A DNA stretch of 63,615 bases, filler included, from an uncultured Chlamydiae bacterium (GCA_937899275.1; 10 parts of 10 records of this genome joined end to end with filler, not necessarily neighbours in it), one strand, 5' to 3'. Positions 43,388 to 54,503 are shown, counted from the first letter of the whole stretch. The notes: a model not told the origin generated them from the sequence alone. A program made the numbers and translations.

Positions 43388-44143
43388 TTAATAAGTAAAA
43401 TTGATCGTAAGTCCATCATAGGCAAAAGCTTGAGTTTGTTCTACATTAGAATAAGACCCGGGAAAAGAGACTATCCGTGTATCGATTTCATGAGACAAGT
43501 GGGTAAAAAACACCTTATTAGCCGAGGTTTTTTCTGCAAATGCTACTGCACACTCTAAGCCTAGGTGCAAGGGAGAGCGCTTTAGATTACATGCACTAAT
43601 AACTAAGGTAGAAATCCCTGATAAGTGGGAAAAAATCTCTTCTTCATAGTCAGAAATATCGGTTATATAGGCAAGATCTCCAAAGCGGTACCCCTGCACT
43701 TTCGTATCATTTTGCCAAAAATAAAACGCGCAGGCATCTAAGCCTTCTATCGTACACGGCCCGCTTTTTTCTGGCAGAATATAAGGAGAAAATAACGGAG
43801 TAATATGCGTTTTTGTACGCCATTCCTGTAGAGTTTCTGTGGAGAGATAACAAGGGATTTTCTCTTTTTTTTGGTAATAAATAATCCGAAGATCTTCAAG
43901 ACCGCCTATATGATCGTAATGAGAATGCGTTAAAATTAAAGCATCGATGTCCTCAACTTTATGCAATAACGCTTGGCGGCGAAAATCGGGCCCTGCATCG
44001 ATTAGAAGTTTTTTACCGCCTATCGTTAGCAAAGCGCTAGAGCGGAGGCGCTCTTCTTTTCTTTGACAAATTGCACAAGGACAACCAATAATGGGAACTC
44101 CCATCGAAGCTCCTGATCCTAGAAATAAAAAACTCGCTTCCAT
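43388..44143 (-). CDS. MBL-fold metallohydrolase (PhnP-like)
   Basis: LGSGAS.GVP.IGC.C..C, IDAGPD, THSHYDHIGG, AY.TD, THLSH, AYDG. Confidence 0.92.
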   Translation of the reverse strand: MEASFLFLGSGASMGVPIIGCPCAICQRKEERLRSSALLTIGGKKLLIDAGPDFRRQALLHKVEDIDALILTHSHYDHIGGLEDLRIIYYQKKEKIPCYLSTETLQEWRTKTHITPLFSPYILPEKSGPCTIEGLDACAFYFWQNDTKVQGYRFGDLAYITDISDYEEEIFSHLSGISTLVISACNLKRSPLHLGLECAVAFAEKTSANKVFFTHLSHEIDTRIVSFPGSYSNVEQTQAFAYDGLTINFTY

Positions 44144-44187
44144 AAGATAGTTGTATCGTATCAGGTACTGTAGAAAAAATCGAGCTT

Positions 44188-44835
44188 ATGCAGATCTATA
44201 TTTTTGGAAGAGGAAAAATGGCCACCATGGTGGAAAAACAGCTGCCTCTATCTTCATGCAAAAAAGCTGTTTCTCTTGATGAGGCTGATGTAGCTATCCA
44301 TTTTTCTACAGGAAATTCTGTAGCGAAAAACGCAGCTATTTGTAAAGAAAAAGGCGTTTCTATACTGATTGGAACAACGGGATGGACACAAGATCTTCCC
44401 CAGGTAAAAACCCTTTTTTCTACTGGGAAAATAGCTGCCTTGTATGCGCCTAATTGTTCTATGGGTATGCTGGCGTTTTTTCATTTAGTAGAGAAGCTCG
44501 CTCTTATCAACCATACTTTAGATCATGAGCCTAGCTTGCTAGATATCCATCATAAAGAAAAAAAAGACGCCCCTTCGGGAAGCTCTCAGTAGGCGCACAA
44601 GATTTTCACTGCTATTGCAAAATAAATACTTACCATCTCTTCTATAAGAACGGGATTTCATCCAGGAGAGCACCTTCTTTCTTTAGATAGCCCCGATGAA
44701 ACAATCAGCCTATCGTATCGGTGTCGTAGCCGCGCTTCTTATGCAAAAGGGGCTTTGCAGCTTGCTTTTTGGCTTCAAGGAAAACAAGGTTTTTTTACAT
44801 TAGACGATGTACTCAGGAGCATGCCCCTTTCATGA
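44188..44835 (+). CDS. dapB: 4-hydroxy-tetrahydrodipicolinate reductase; in-frame TAG at 44590 and TAA at 44623
   Basis: GRGKM, IGTTG, APN.S.G, HHKEKKDAPSG; the same frame continues ISSIRTGFHPGEH...SRASYAKGAL...DDVL to a TGA overlapping the dapA ATG. Confidence 0.9.
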
Positions 44836-45710
44836 AAGGTCTTTTTACCGCACTCATCACACCATTTAAAAACGATACGATCGATAAAGAAGCGTTGAAA
44901 AAACTGATAAAACGGCAAATAGATGCAAAAGTAGACGGCCTCGTTCTTTTAGGCACTACAGGAGAGGCATCTACCTTAACTTGGCAAGAAAAAAAGGAGA
45001 TCATACAACTCTCTTCTGAAGAAGCCTGTAACAAATTACAGCTGATTGTAGGCGTGAGCGGCTGCTCCACACAACAAATCCTTACCGAAATGAAAGAGCT
45101 TTATACAGAGGCGGTCAGCGGTTTTATGGCGCTTTCTCCTTACTATAATCTACCCACACAAGAAGGGCTTTATCAGCATTTTTCTATGCTAGCAGATGCC
45201 GCTAAAGCGCCTTTGATCTTGTATAATTCTTATAAGAGAACAGGCGTAGAAATCGAGCTAGATACTCTTCATAAGCTAGCAAAACACCCACAAATCAAAG
45301 GCCTAAAAGAATGCGTAAGAAGCTATGAGAAGCTAGCAGCTATGTTAACTGAGCTTCCTTTAGATGTGTTTATGGGCGATGATCTTTGGACGTTTCCAGG
45401 CGCGTTGATGGGAGCTTCAGGAACAATTTCTGTCACCTCTAACGTATTTCCAGATACCATGCGCGCGCTTGTAACAAATGCGCGTAGTGGAAATAGCCAA
45501 GAAGCAAAAAAATACCATGACTCTCTTCTGCCGTTTTTCCTCGGCTCTTCTCACACTACAAATCCCCTACCGATTAAAGCGGCGATGCATTATTTAGGAT
45601 TTATATCCAAAACCTGCCGCATGCCCCTTACATCCCTTACACAAGAAGAAGAAAAGCAGCTAAGGCGTGTAGTAGATCAAATGGAGCTTGTATGCAAAAA
45701 CTCCGCGTAG
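44832..45710 (+). CDS. dapA: 4-hydroxy-tetrahydrodipicolinate synthase
   Basis: MKGLFTALITPF, GTTGE, SPYYN.P.QEG, LYN..RTG, GLKE, NPLPIK. Confidence 0.95.
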   Translation: MKGLFTALITPFKNDTIDKEALKKLIKRQIDAKVDGLVLLGTTGEASTLTWQEKKEIIQLSSEEACNKLQLIVGVSGCSTQQILTEMKELYTEAVSGFMALSPYYNLPTQEGLYQHFSMLADAAKAPLILYNSYKRTGVEIELDTLHKLAKHPQIKGLKECVRSYEKLAAMLTELPLDVFMGDDLWTFPGALMGASGTISVTSNVFPDTMRALVTNARSGNSQEAKKYHDSLLPFFLGSSHTTNPLPIKAAMHYLGFISKTCRMPLTSLTQEEEKQLRRVVDQMELVCKNSA

Positions 45711-46669
45711 CAATTTTAGGTGCAGGAGGCGTTGTTGGAAAAACGTACCTTCATCTATTAAAAAACCACCCCTATTTTGCAATTACCTATGCAGCTTCTT
45801 CTGTGCGCTCTATAGGAGAGTGTATTCAGGGGCATATTTTGCAATGCCCAGATGATATCAACGCGATAAAAGATGCAGCAGATATCGTGTTTTCTTGCCT
45901 TCCTAAAAAAGCAGCTGACACCTTAGAGAAGCTATTACAAAAAGCAGGCCTTGCTGTATTTACTAACGCCTCAAGCCACCGACTGCTTAAAGACACTGCA
46001 TTGGTGATACCAGAGATCAACGGAGAAAAAATCCTTACGTCAAAAAACGCTCCTTTAATCGCTAAGCCCAACTGTTCCATACAAAGCATTTTGCTATCTT
46101 TATATCCCCTGCACCGGGAGTATACCCTAAAAAAGCTGCAGGTCACCTCTTTGCAATCGGTAAGCGGAGCTGGAAAAAGCCTTTCTGCTGCAGAAATCAC
46201 CGATAACGTGATTCCCTGGATTGCAGGGGAAGAAGAAAAAGCAGTAGCAGAAACATACAAGATTTTAGACTGCACATTCCCTTTTTCCATCTCTTGCATG
46301 CGGATACCTACCCTTCATGGTCATATGGCGCAAATTTCTGCTTCTTTTGAGAAAAAACCATCTCTTAAAAACGTAGTAGAGCTTTGGGATACCTTTCGAG
46401 GCTACCCTCAATTACATAACCTCCCCTCTGCCCCAAAAAAGCCTGTACACTACTTAGAAGAGATCGACCGGCCGCAAATACGACTTGATCGAGACCGAGA
46501 ACAGGGAATGGCTGTGTCTGTTGGTAGATTGAAAAAAAGCCCCTTATTTGACATCAGTTTTTGCGCCCTTGCGCATAATACCTTGAGAGGAGCTGCAGGA
46601 GGAGGCGTGCTCAGCGCTGAACTTTACTACCACGCTCACTATGTAATGCAAGATCTGCAGTTACTTTAG
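45692..46669 (+). CDS. asd: Aspartate-semialdehyde dehydrogenase
   Basis: GAGGVVG, PEIN, PNCS, QSVSGAG, DNVIPWI..EEEK, HNTLRGAAG. Confidence 0.95.
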   Translation: MQKLRVAILGAGGVVGKTYLHLLKNHPYFAITYAASSVRSIGECIQGHILQCPDDINAIKDAADIVFSCLPKKAADTLEKLLQKAGLAVFTNASSHRLLKDTALVIPEINGEKILTSKNAPLIAKPNCSIQSILLSLYPLHREYTLKKLQVTSLQSVSGAGKSLSAAEITDNVIPWIAGEEEKAVAETYKILDCTFPFSISCMRIPTLHGHMAQISASFEKKPSLKNVVELWDTFRGYPQLHNLPSAPKKPVHYLEEIDRPQIRLDRDREQGMAVSVGRLKKSPLFDISFCALAHNTLRGAAGGGVLSAELYYHAHYVMQDLQLL

Positions 46670-47597
46670 ATGCAAGGAGCCTACCAAAATACGCATGAAA
46701 TAATAGCCCTTTTGAACCAAGCCCAGTAAACAACCATTTTTTCTGAGAAATTTTTTCAATCAAAGGCTCTTTTTGCTCAAGAGGATAGGCGCGAAAAGCC
46801 GCCTCTCTTCCTACAATATCCCATGAACTAGAGCTATTGCTCTTCGTTTGTTTCCTAAGATCGATTAAAAGCTGATCTGCACTAGAATCAGGCTCGATAT
46901 TTTGATAGGTTTTTTCATAGGTAGATCCAATAAGGTACACATCTTTTTCTTCAGTTTTACTTAGATGAGGGTGCGATAAAAAGGGAATATGAAACGGTAT
47001 ATGATCGGCTTTGATCTTTAGAGTCTGCCCTTTGTTTTTTTTGATATACCCCTCTTTACTATCTCCCCCCATAGCTTCTATGATGGCTGCATAGTTGCCA
47101 GTATCATCTAAAGTTGAGGCAAAAAACTGAGCTCCTTTTCTGATCAAGATTTGCAGTAAAGCATCTACATAACGCTTGCTGTAGACCTGCATCCCTTCTT
47201 CCATCCAAAGGCCAGGATAAAAAGAAGAAAAGCCCTCTTTTTGACTCTCTTCTTTTGTCAAAAAACGGATGGAATGATCTTTTTTACTAAGGCGTAAAAA
47301 ATGCATTTCCTGCGCAGAAAAAAGAGCCGGACGAAAAATTCCTTTAGCTGCAATAAGCGGCTTTCCATACGCTTTTTCTATAGAAACGATCAAGGAAGTG
47401 GCCTCATACATCCACTCATCTGCCTGTTTTGGTTTCCTGGGAAATTTACCCACATAAGGATGTAAAAAACCAGTGGATACCTCTGAGGCAGAAAGGCGTT
47501 TTTTTGGATCATACAGATCGACTTTTACCCCTTTTTCTAGTAGATGTAAAGCGGCGCTTAAACCAGCATAACCGCAGCCGAGTACAGCTACTTTCAT
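46611..47597 (-). CDS. FAD-dependent oxidoreductase (DAO/MnmC-like)
   Basis: MKVAVLGCGYAG, KGQ, IGSTY, GLGSKGL. Confidence 0.85.
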   Translation of the reverse strand: MKVAVLGCGYAGLSAALHLLEKGVKVDLYDPKKRLSASEVSTGFLHPYVGKFPRKPKQADEWMYEATSLIVSIEKAYGKPLIAAKGIFRPALFSAQEMHFLRLSKKDHSIRFLTKEESQKEGFSSFYPGLWMEEGMQVYSKRYVDALLQILIRKGAQFFASTLDDTGNYAAIIEAMGGDSKEGYIKKNKGQTLKIKADHIPFHIPFLSHPHLSKTEEKDVYLIGSTYEKTYQNIEPDSSADQLLIDLRKQTKSNSSSSWDIVGREAAFRAYPLEQKEPLIEKISQKKWLFTGLGSKGLLFHAYFGRLLASKVTADLALHSERGSKVQR

Positions 47598-48412
47598 GAG
47601 TTTTTTTGAGGAACTAGCAACTGGTGGCTTTCCGCTGCAAAATTGAAAAAAAACACACAAAAAGGTGTGAATAAAAAAGAAGCGGGAAGGGTGATCAAAA
47701 ACCAGCTTACTATGAAGGTAAGCCCCTCCACATCGCCTACATAGCTCCAGCTAGTTAAGTAAGCTGCTACAGTCAAAGTGAGTAAGATCATAGCTAAAGG
47801 AAGCATTCCTAAAAAGAACATGCCGAGCACCTTAAATGTATCTTGCATCACCCTTTTCAATAGAAATACGCATTTTTCTTTTCTTCCCTGTTTGTGAAGA
47901 GCCAAAATAGGCACGCCAAAAAACAGCAAGACAAGACTCGAAATGAAAAGCGCGATGGATAAAAGAATGAGCAAAAAAGGCGCAAAAGAAAACAGCGCTC
48001 CTATGTATTTGCCTACAGCTGGAATCGATCGAAACGCTAGGAAAACCCCAAGACATGCCCAAAGAACAAAGTAGATCAATAAGATAGGCAAAGATAGATA
48101 GGCAGAAAACGCCATCAGGTCCCAAGAAACAGATAAAATCTTTTTGATGTCATATACACTATTTTTTACTTCGTGGTAATAGATGCGAACAAGGATGATG
48201 CCTAAAGCTAAAAAAATTCCTACAGAAAGCAAAAGCGGTACGAATAAAAGGCTAAGGGAAAGCCACGTTCCTGTGTGGTAAGATAGAGCCTGACAAAAAG
48301 TGAAAAGAGCCGAAGAAAGCAGTAAAAAAGGAAAAACAACAGCTATCTTTTTCCTAGAAAAAGCAAAACGAAAAGCGCGGTTAAAAGCGATTTCAAAATC
48401 GAATAATTCCAT
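47594..48412 (-). CDS. Integral membrane protein of unknown function
   Basis: About 6 TM segments; ATGA overlap with the oxidoreductase start. Confidence 0.75.
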   Translation of the reverse strand: MELFDFEIAFNRAFRFAFSRKKIAVVFPFLLLSSALFTFCQALSYHTGTWLSLSLLFVPLLLSVGIFLALGIILVRIYYHEVKNSVYDIKKILSVSWDLMAFSAYLSLPILLIYFVLWACLGVFLAFRSIPAVGKYIGALFSFAPFLLILLSIALFISSLVLLFFGVPILALHKQGRKEKCVFLLKRVMQDTFKVLGMFFLGMLPLAMILLTLTVAAYLTSWSYVGDVEGLTFIVSWFLITLPASFLFTPFCVFFFNFAAESHQLLVPQKNS

Positions 48413-48578
48413 GGTCTATAGATTATCAACTCCTGGAATTCCCAGCTAGCACAATTCTAAAGAAGTTTTTTTGAGGAAATATTTTACTATAGATCTACTA
48501 TGTATTGATTCGATTCCTTAAGACAAAAAAAGAAATTGTAGGATTTTTGTATTATTTAACAAAAGGCCATGCTAAGCT

Positions 48579-49802
48579 ATGACCATGCTTTTTACAGAAT
48601 TTTCCTTTATTCCAGAAATTATCCGATCTATCAAAGATGCAGGTTACAAAAACCCTAGTCCTATACAGGAGCAGGCCATCCCAGAAATTCTCAATGGGAA
48701 TGACATCAGAGGCTCTGCCCGAACAGGTTCAGGAAAAACAGCTGCATTTTTACTACCTGCTCTGCATAGGCTAGCTACCACCTCTCCCCTCAGCGGGAAA
48801 GGCCCTAGACTGCTGATCTTAAGCCCTACAAGAGAGCTTGGATCGCAAATTGCAGCGCAAGTCGAAAAATATAGTAAATATTTACCTAAAATCAAATCGG
48901 TCTGTATTGGAGGAGGCGTTCCTTACCATAAGCAGCTTAGCAAAATGAAAAAACCATATGATATTTTATTTGCTACTCCTGGAAGGCGTTTAGACTTCAT
49001 TAAGAAAGGAAAAATCAGCTTTCCCCGGTTAGAGGTTTTCATCGTCGATGAAGCAGACCGCATGTTAGATATGGGATTTATTGACCCTTTAAAAAGGGTT
49101 TTAGCAGCGACGCCAGAAGATAAACAGACCCTATTTTTTTCTGCTACATTTGGGCGTAAAGTCAGCGAATTATCTAACTTGATGCTACAAAATCCCGTTG
49201 ATATAGCTATTGAATCTGATGCGCCAAAACATGAAAACATCGAGCAAAAACTGTACTATACCAACGGTCTTCCCCATAAAAAATCGCTACTAACCCACTT
49301 TTTATCTACAGAAGAAATCGATAACATCATTGTATTTACTTCAACAAAAGTACATGCAAATGAACTTGTGATTGAACTGCGAGAAGAAGGGCTTAATGCA
49401 GCCGCTTTGCACGGGGATATGCACCAAAGAAAACGGACCGATACCATCAATAAGATGCGTAGAGGATAAATCAAGATCTTAGTTGCAACAGATGTTGCAG
49501 CAAGAGGTATCGATATCCAGTCGATTACCCATGTCATTAATTTCGATCTACCAAGATGTCCTGAAGATTACGTCCATAGAATTGGAAGAACAGGTAGAGC
49601 AGGTGCTAAAGGTACAGCGATTTCTTTTGTTTCAGGAAAAGACACCCATCTTGTGAAAAAAATTGAAGGGGTGATAAAGCACCCTCTAGAATTTTTCGTC
49701 ATAGAAGGTCTAGAGCCGAAAAAGGAAAAAAAACCGTCGAAAAAATTTCATAAAAAACGACCCTTTCCTTTTAAAAAGCGGCGATTTAAGAAAAAAACCT
49801 AA
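48579..49802 (+). CDS. DEAD-box RNA helicase (RhlE-like); in-frame TAA at 49467-49469
   Basis: PSPIQ, TGSGKT, PTREL, TPGR, DEAD, SAT, LHGD, then [18 protein letters not shown]...[12 protein letters not shown] and a basic tail to TAA at 49800-49802. Confidence 0.95.
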
Positions 49803-49920
49803 TTTTTTCTTCCACCACGACATTACTAACCTGCAAAATCCGGAAAACAAGCTGATTACTTTGTAGTAAAATCTTTTTTATTGTACATAATAAAAAAGAA
49901 CCTGTAACGACTACATCTGC

Positions 49921-51369
49921 ATGATCTGTTTGAACATCCTAACCTATGTATTTTCTGCATGGAAAAAAATTTGCGCTTATCTGTATGTCTTTCTGTTTTT
50001 TACCTTTATTTTATTGAGCACTAGTCCCATCCACGCAGTGGAGTGGAATGTCGATGCTGATGGTAATTGGAATACCAGCAGTAACTGGGATACAGGAACA
50101 GTACCAAATAACGTCACTCCTATCGTATTTGGAAGCATCATCACAGCGCCGCGAACTGTTACTGTAGATGGTAATTTTACCATTCCAGGAACACTATCTT
50201 TTACTAGTAACACCGCATATTCTTTGGTGTCTGCAGGCTCTTCGCCTAATACACTGACCTTCAACACTTCTCCTACCATTTCTTTTTCTGGTACGGCAAA
50301 CCATAGCATTTCAGCAAATTTAGACTTTGCAAGTACGGTAACAATTGATCAATCAAACGCTTCTGCTACCCCTACCATTTCTTCTGGGATTATAGGAAGC
50401 GGTGGACTTACAAAAACTGGCGTAGGAACGTTGGTTTTAAGTGGTACAAACACCTACACAGGTATACCCTCGCTGCATGCAGGAACGCTGCAGCTATCCT
50501 CTTCTAATAACCTTGGATCGGGTAACCTTTCGTTTAATACAGGAACTCTTCAAGCAACGAGTTCCGCTGTCATCAATAACAATGTTAGCCTTACGACTGC
50601 AGGTACTATTGATGTACAATCAGGCACATCAACTTTTGGTGGCACAATTTCAGGAGCGGGCGGTTTAATCACTTCAGGTTCTGGCACAGTGTCTCTTTTC
50701 GGCACATCGAATACTTACTCTGGAGGCACTACGATTTCTGGAGGCACCACACAAATCAATGCAGATGGATCGCTGGGCACAGGAAATATCACCTTTAGTG
50801 GAGGAAATTTACAGACTTCTTCAAATATATCTACCTCAAAAACCATTACAGTAAACGCTCCTACCAATATTTTGATAACCGGTTCAGGCGCTCTCACGAG
50901 CTCAGGGGTAATCAGCGGCTCATCTCCCCTAACCATTTCTGGTAACGTAGGAGGAGGAGAAGATCCTAGCCCTCCCCAAACTGTTGCTCTCAATGCGGAC
51001 AATATTGGTCTTTCTGGGGATGTTACCCTAGAATATGTCCACTGCACTATTGCCGTTAGAACGGGTATAGGCACAGGATCTGCTACATTAAATTCTGCAA
51101 GACTCATCATACCAACTACATTTACTCTGAGTAAAAACTTCACCTTGTCAAATGCATTTCTCACTGCAACCCCTCCTGAAATTGAAGTACAAAGCGGATT
51201 TACATTTACGATGGGAGGAACGCTTTCTGGAACAGCGCTTACCAAACAAGGTGCAGGTGATCTTAGCTTGATCGGCACCTATTCTCCTACAGGTTTAACC
51301 ATTAGCGCAGGAAGCGTCACTACAAACCCCACAACCATCAGCTCTACAACAGCCATTACAAATAACGGC
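49921..51369 (+). CDS. Autotransporter-associated beta-strand repeat protein (adhesin-like); 3' truncated
   Basis: W...DGNW....NW; GLTKTGVGTLVLSGTNTYTG and NTYSGGTTISGG repeats; Gly/Ser/Thr-rich. Confidence 0.85.
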
Positions 51370-51469
51370 NNNNNNNNNNNNNNNNNNNNNNNNNNNNNNN
51401 NNNNNNNNNNNNNTTAATTAATTAANNNNNNNNNNNNNNNNNNNNNNNNNNNNNNNNNNNNNNNNNNNN
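51370..51469. other. Artificial contig linker
   Basis: N-run, TTAATTAATTAA, N-run. Confidence 0.99.
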
Positions 51470-52120
51470 CATCTTGTAGGGTTTTTCCGTATTTGGGCGA
51501 TTCCCCTGGGAAGCCCTCCCACCTAAGGGCGGTTTATCTCAGAAAATCGGAGGCTATGGCCCATACAAGGAAAAGAGCGGATAAAAGCGTTAATTCAAGC
51601 ATCTTCTATGCTGCCTATTGCTGAAGATTTAGGGATTATGCCAAAAGAGGCAAGGGGCATATTAAAACACCTTGGTATCGCAGGAACGCGCCTTACCCGC
51701 TGGGTAAAGTACTGGGAAGAAGATAGCAGCTTCATCCGATCAGAAGATTTTGATCTCTTCAGCGTCACAACCTTATCGAGTCATGACACCTCTAGTTTTG
51801 ATGAGTGGTGGCAGCAAAATCCCTCTGAGGCAGCTCTTTATGCATCTTCTAGAAATGTACCTTTTACAAGAACGCTTTCCTATGATGGGAAAAAAGCCTA
51901 TTTAGAAGATGCGCATCAAAGCGCCTCTTTATTACACATCAACCTGCTTTCTGAGTATCTAACAGCCTTTCCCGATTTATCGCCCCATCCCCTTTCTAGA
52001 ATCAATGTACCTGGCACCGAGTCGGAAGAAAACTGGTCGATGCGGTATCCCATCACATTAGAAACGCTCAAAAAGCATACCGCTGCTACAAACTTTATGC
52101 AACAGATGGCATCGATATGA
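51470..52120 (+). CDS. malQ: 4-alpha-glucanotransferase, 3' part; in-frame TAA at 51524-51526
   Basis: HLVGFFRIWAIP, AEDLG, SSHDT, RINVPGT...NWS.RY. Confidence 0.92.
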
Positions 52121-53613
52121 ATTGGATGTATTGGTCGGTATTTTTCGCATCTACGCTATGTGACCCAAGTATTCAGGCGAAATTTGCGTCTTTACAGCCA
52201 GAAAGTGCCGCGCAACACTTTGCATTTTACGAGCTATATCCGAACACAAAAGAAGGGAAAAAAGCGTTAGAAAAAGGCTGGATGCTTCTCGCACAAAAGC
52301 CGCTACCTACATCTATTTCTTACAACCCCTCTACATTTTTCCATCTCATTCGGGCAATCAACCGAGAAGAAGGAGCAAAAGTCCTATTTTCTGAAAAGGA
52401 GCTTTGCTGGATTGAGGAAATGGGAAAAACGCTGAAAAACCGCTCTCTTCCTGGATATAAAGCCTGGTCAACAAAAGAAGTGCTCCAATTAGATCCCGAA
52501 GAAATCGACCTTGCTCGAGCCATTTTTTTAGAAGAATATGAAGATCAAAACACCATTCGTTCGTATGAAGCGTTCATCGACTTAATGGCGCTACAAGTGG
52601 TGGCAAGATTATCTTTATCCCCTTCTCCTGAAGAGATCATTTATACCATCAATCAGTTGATTTTTCATGAAATGGGTTTTCGGTTTCCCCCTGCTTCTGC
52701 TTGGAAAGATGCAATTGATGCATATACCGTTTTACCCTCAGTAATCGATGCAAAAAGGGGCGTGTGTTTAGGGGTATCGATTTTATATTTAGCGCTTGCA
52801 CAGCGCATTGGCCTTCCTCTAGAAGCCATCACTCCTCCAGGACACATTTATGTACGTTATGCAGAAAACGATCAGATCATCAATATTGAAACGACGGCAA
52901 GAGGCATCGATATTTCCTCAGAGCACTATCTGGGCTTAGAGCTAACAGAGCTGCCAAAAAAAACCATCAAAGAAGTCATTGGTCTTGTTTTTGTCAATCA
53001 GGCATCTGTCAAATGGAGTAAAAAACAGTACCAAAAAGCCATTTGTTTATATGAAAAAGCGTTAGTCTATTTACCAAGCGATCCCTTGGTATTAGAGCTT
53101 TTAGGGTATAACCATGTATTTTCTGGAAATGCAGAAAAAGGGAAAAAGCTATTACAACTAGCAATACAAAACGGCAAGAGCCGCTCTACAAGTGCAAAAA
53201 GCGTCAGCGAAGATTTTTTATTGGGAAAAGTATCGATCGAAGGGATCGAGGCGGTTTTTCATCAAAGCGATGAAACAAAAGAATCGATAGAAAAAACCCA
53301 AGAAACCCTCCGAAAAATCTTAGCCGACTACCCAGAATTTAGAGCAGGGCTTTTACAATACGCCCTTACCTTCTTACAACTTGGTAAGGAAAAAAAAGCG
53401 CTTTTCCCATTGGAAAAACTCCATCAAATCGATCCTAAACACATCGCTACTTGCTACTATCTTGCGATGATTTACATCAACCGCTATGATTACAAAAAAG
53501 CGTGGTTTGTAGCAAAAAAACTACAGTCCTATATAAAAAACCAGAAGCGTCCGCCAAAAATACTTAAGGATTTTTTACGCGAATTAGAAAAAATTTGCCC
53601 TGATCCGGGGTAA
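52117..53613 (+). CDS. SirB1/transglutaminase-like domain protein with TPR repeats
   Basis: GVCLGVSILYLALAQR.GLP...PGHIYVRY, NIETT; TPR-like helices follow. Confidence 0.85.
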   Translation: MNWMYWSVFFASTLCDPSIQAKFASLQPESAAQHFAFYELYPNTKEGKKALEKGWMLLAQKPLPTSISYNPSTFFHLIRAINREEGAKVLFSEKELCWIEEMGKTLKNRSLPGYKAWSTKEVLQLDPEEIDLARAIFLEEYEDQNTIRSYEAFIDLMALQVVARLSLSPSPEEIIYTINQLIFHEMGFRFPPASAWKDAIDAYTVLPSVIDAKRGVCLGVSILYLALAQRIGLPLEAITPPGHIYVRYAENDQIINIETTARGIDISSEHYLGLELTELPKKTIKEVIGLVFVNQASVKWSKKQYQKAICLYEKALVYLPSDPLVLELLGYNHVFSGNAEKGKKLLQLAIQNGKSRSTSAKSVSEDFLLGKVSIEGIEAVFHQSDETKESIEKTQETLRKILADYPEFRAGLLQYALTFLQLGKEKKALFPLEKLHQIDPKHIATCYYLAMIYINRYDYKKAWFVAKKLQSYIKNQKRPPKILKDFLRELEKICPDPG

Positions 53614-53651
53614 TCTGGTAGATAGTAAAAAAGACAACAAGGGATATTCTT

Positions 53652-54257
53652 ATGAAGATGCAGCTACTAGTAGCTTCTACTTTGCTCCTTTCTTTTTCCT
53701 ACAAAAGTTATGAGCCAGGCCAAACGTTAGATACGCATATGTCGCCCCAAGAGCATAAAGAAAGCGGCGTGCATAAACTCACCCCAGAAGAAAAAAAATC
53801 GCTACAACAGTGGATCAACCGCAACCACTACGTAAGGCCAGGGGCAAAAAGGTATGATAAGACCTATCCAGAAGTATCGGAAGTTATTGGTAATGGCGCC
53901 TACGTGAAATTATCCGACGGATCTATATGGCAAATTCATCCAAGCGACCGCCTTCTTACGCAAAGCTGGATTTCTGCAGCAGCGATTACCGTAGAAAAAA
54001 ACGGCTCTTCTACCTATGGCTTCACCCTGAAAAATAACCTCACCGGCTCAAGCGTACGCGCAGAAAAAGTATCGACAATTCCAAAGTATATGGAGCATTC
54101 AAGATCGAAACACTTCCATAAGGAAGAGAAAAAAAATCACGATAAAACGGCGCCAAAAAAAGAAAAAACCTCCCACTCTGCGTTAGAAAACCCTGTAGAG
54201 TCTGCCTCATCTAACAGACCTCCTGAAAAAAGAGCAGGAGAGTACCCTTTAAATTAG
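53652..54257 (+). CDS. Secreted hypothetical protein
   Basis: Signal-peptide-like N-terminus; VKLSDGSIWQI; charged tail. Confidence 0.7.
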   Translation: MKMQLLVASTLLLSFSYKSYEPGQTLDTHMSPQEHKESGVHKLTPEEKKSLQQWINRNHYVRPGAKRYDKTYPEVSEVIGNGAYVKLSDGSIWQIHPSDRLLTQSWISAAAITVEKNGSSTYGFTLKNNLTGSSVRAEKVSTIPKYMEHSRSKHFHKEEKKNHDKTAPKKEKTSHSALENPVESASSNRPPEKRAGEYPLN

Positions 54258-54306
54258 AGTCCCGTAGCATATACTGGTCTTGCAAAAACCAGCTACGCGC
54301 CCTAAC

Positions 54307-54410
54307 TTATTATCGAAAATCTACAAAATCGATAATAAAGCGATTTTTTCTTTCCACAGCTGGTGATATATTTTGTTGTTATTATCGAAAGTATATAAAA
54401 TCGATAATAA
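54307..54410. promoter_or_regulatory. Two copies of a palindromic operator TTATTATCGA-N12-TCGATAATAA
   Basis: At 54307-54338 and 54379-54410; the second copy ends 2 nt before an ATG at 54413. Confidence 0.75.
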
Positions 54411-54455
54411 AGATGCTTTTAAAGAGTAGGACTTTGGCAACACAGATCTACCAAA

Positions 54456-54503
54456 AGTGGAGCGCAAAGCCTCTTCCTTCAGGCGGAGGATGTAGAGCTC
54501 ACC
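54456..54503. mobile_element. Possible IS200/IS605-family terminal hairpin near the contig end
   Basis: gtggagcgcaaagcctcttccttcaggcggaggatgtagagctcac resembles the AAGCCCC..CTTCAGG.CGGGG hairpins at IS200/IS605 ends. Confidence 0.4.

Noticed and set aside
44769..44831. N-terminal extensions given by the ORF track for dapA (and likewise yebC, the oxidoreductase and the GH63 gene)
   Set aside because: They overlap upstream genes or promoter regions; conserved ATG starts lie further downstream.
54307..54410. Two 32-bp repeats with a 40-bp spacer as a mini CRISPR array
   Set aside because: Only two units, variable centres, no cas genes; an operator pair fits better.
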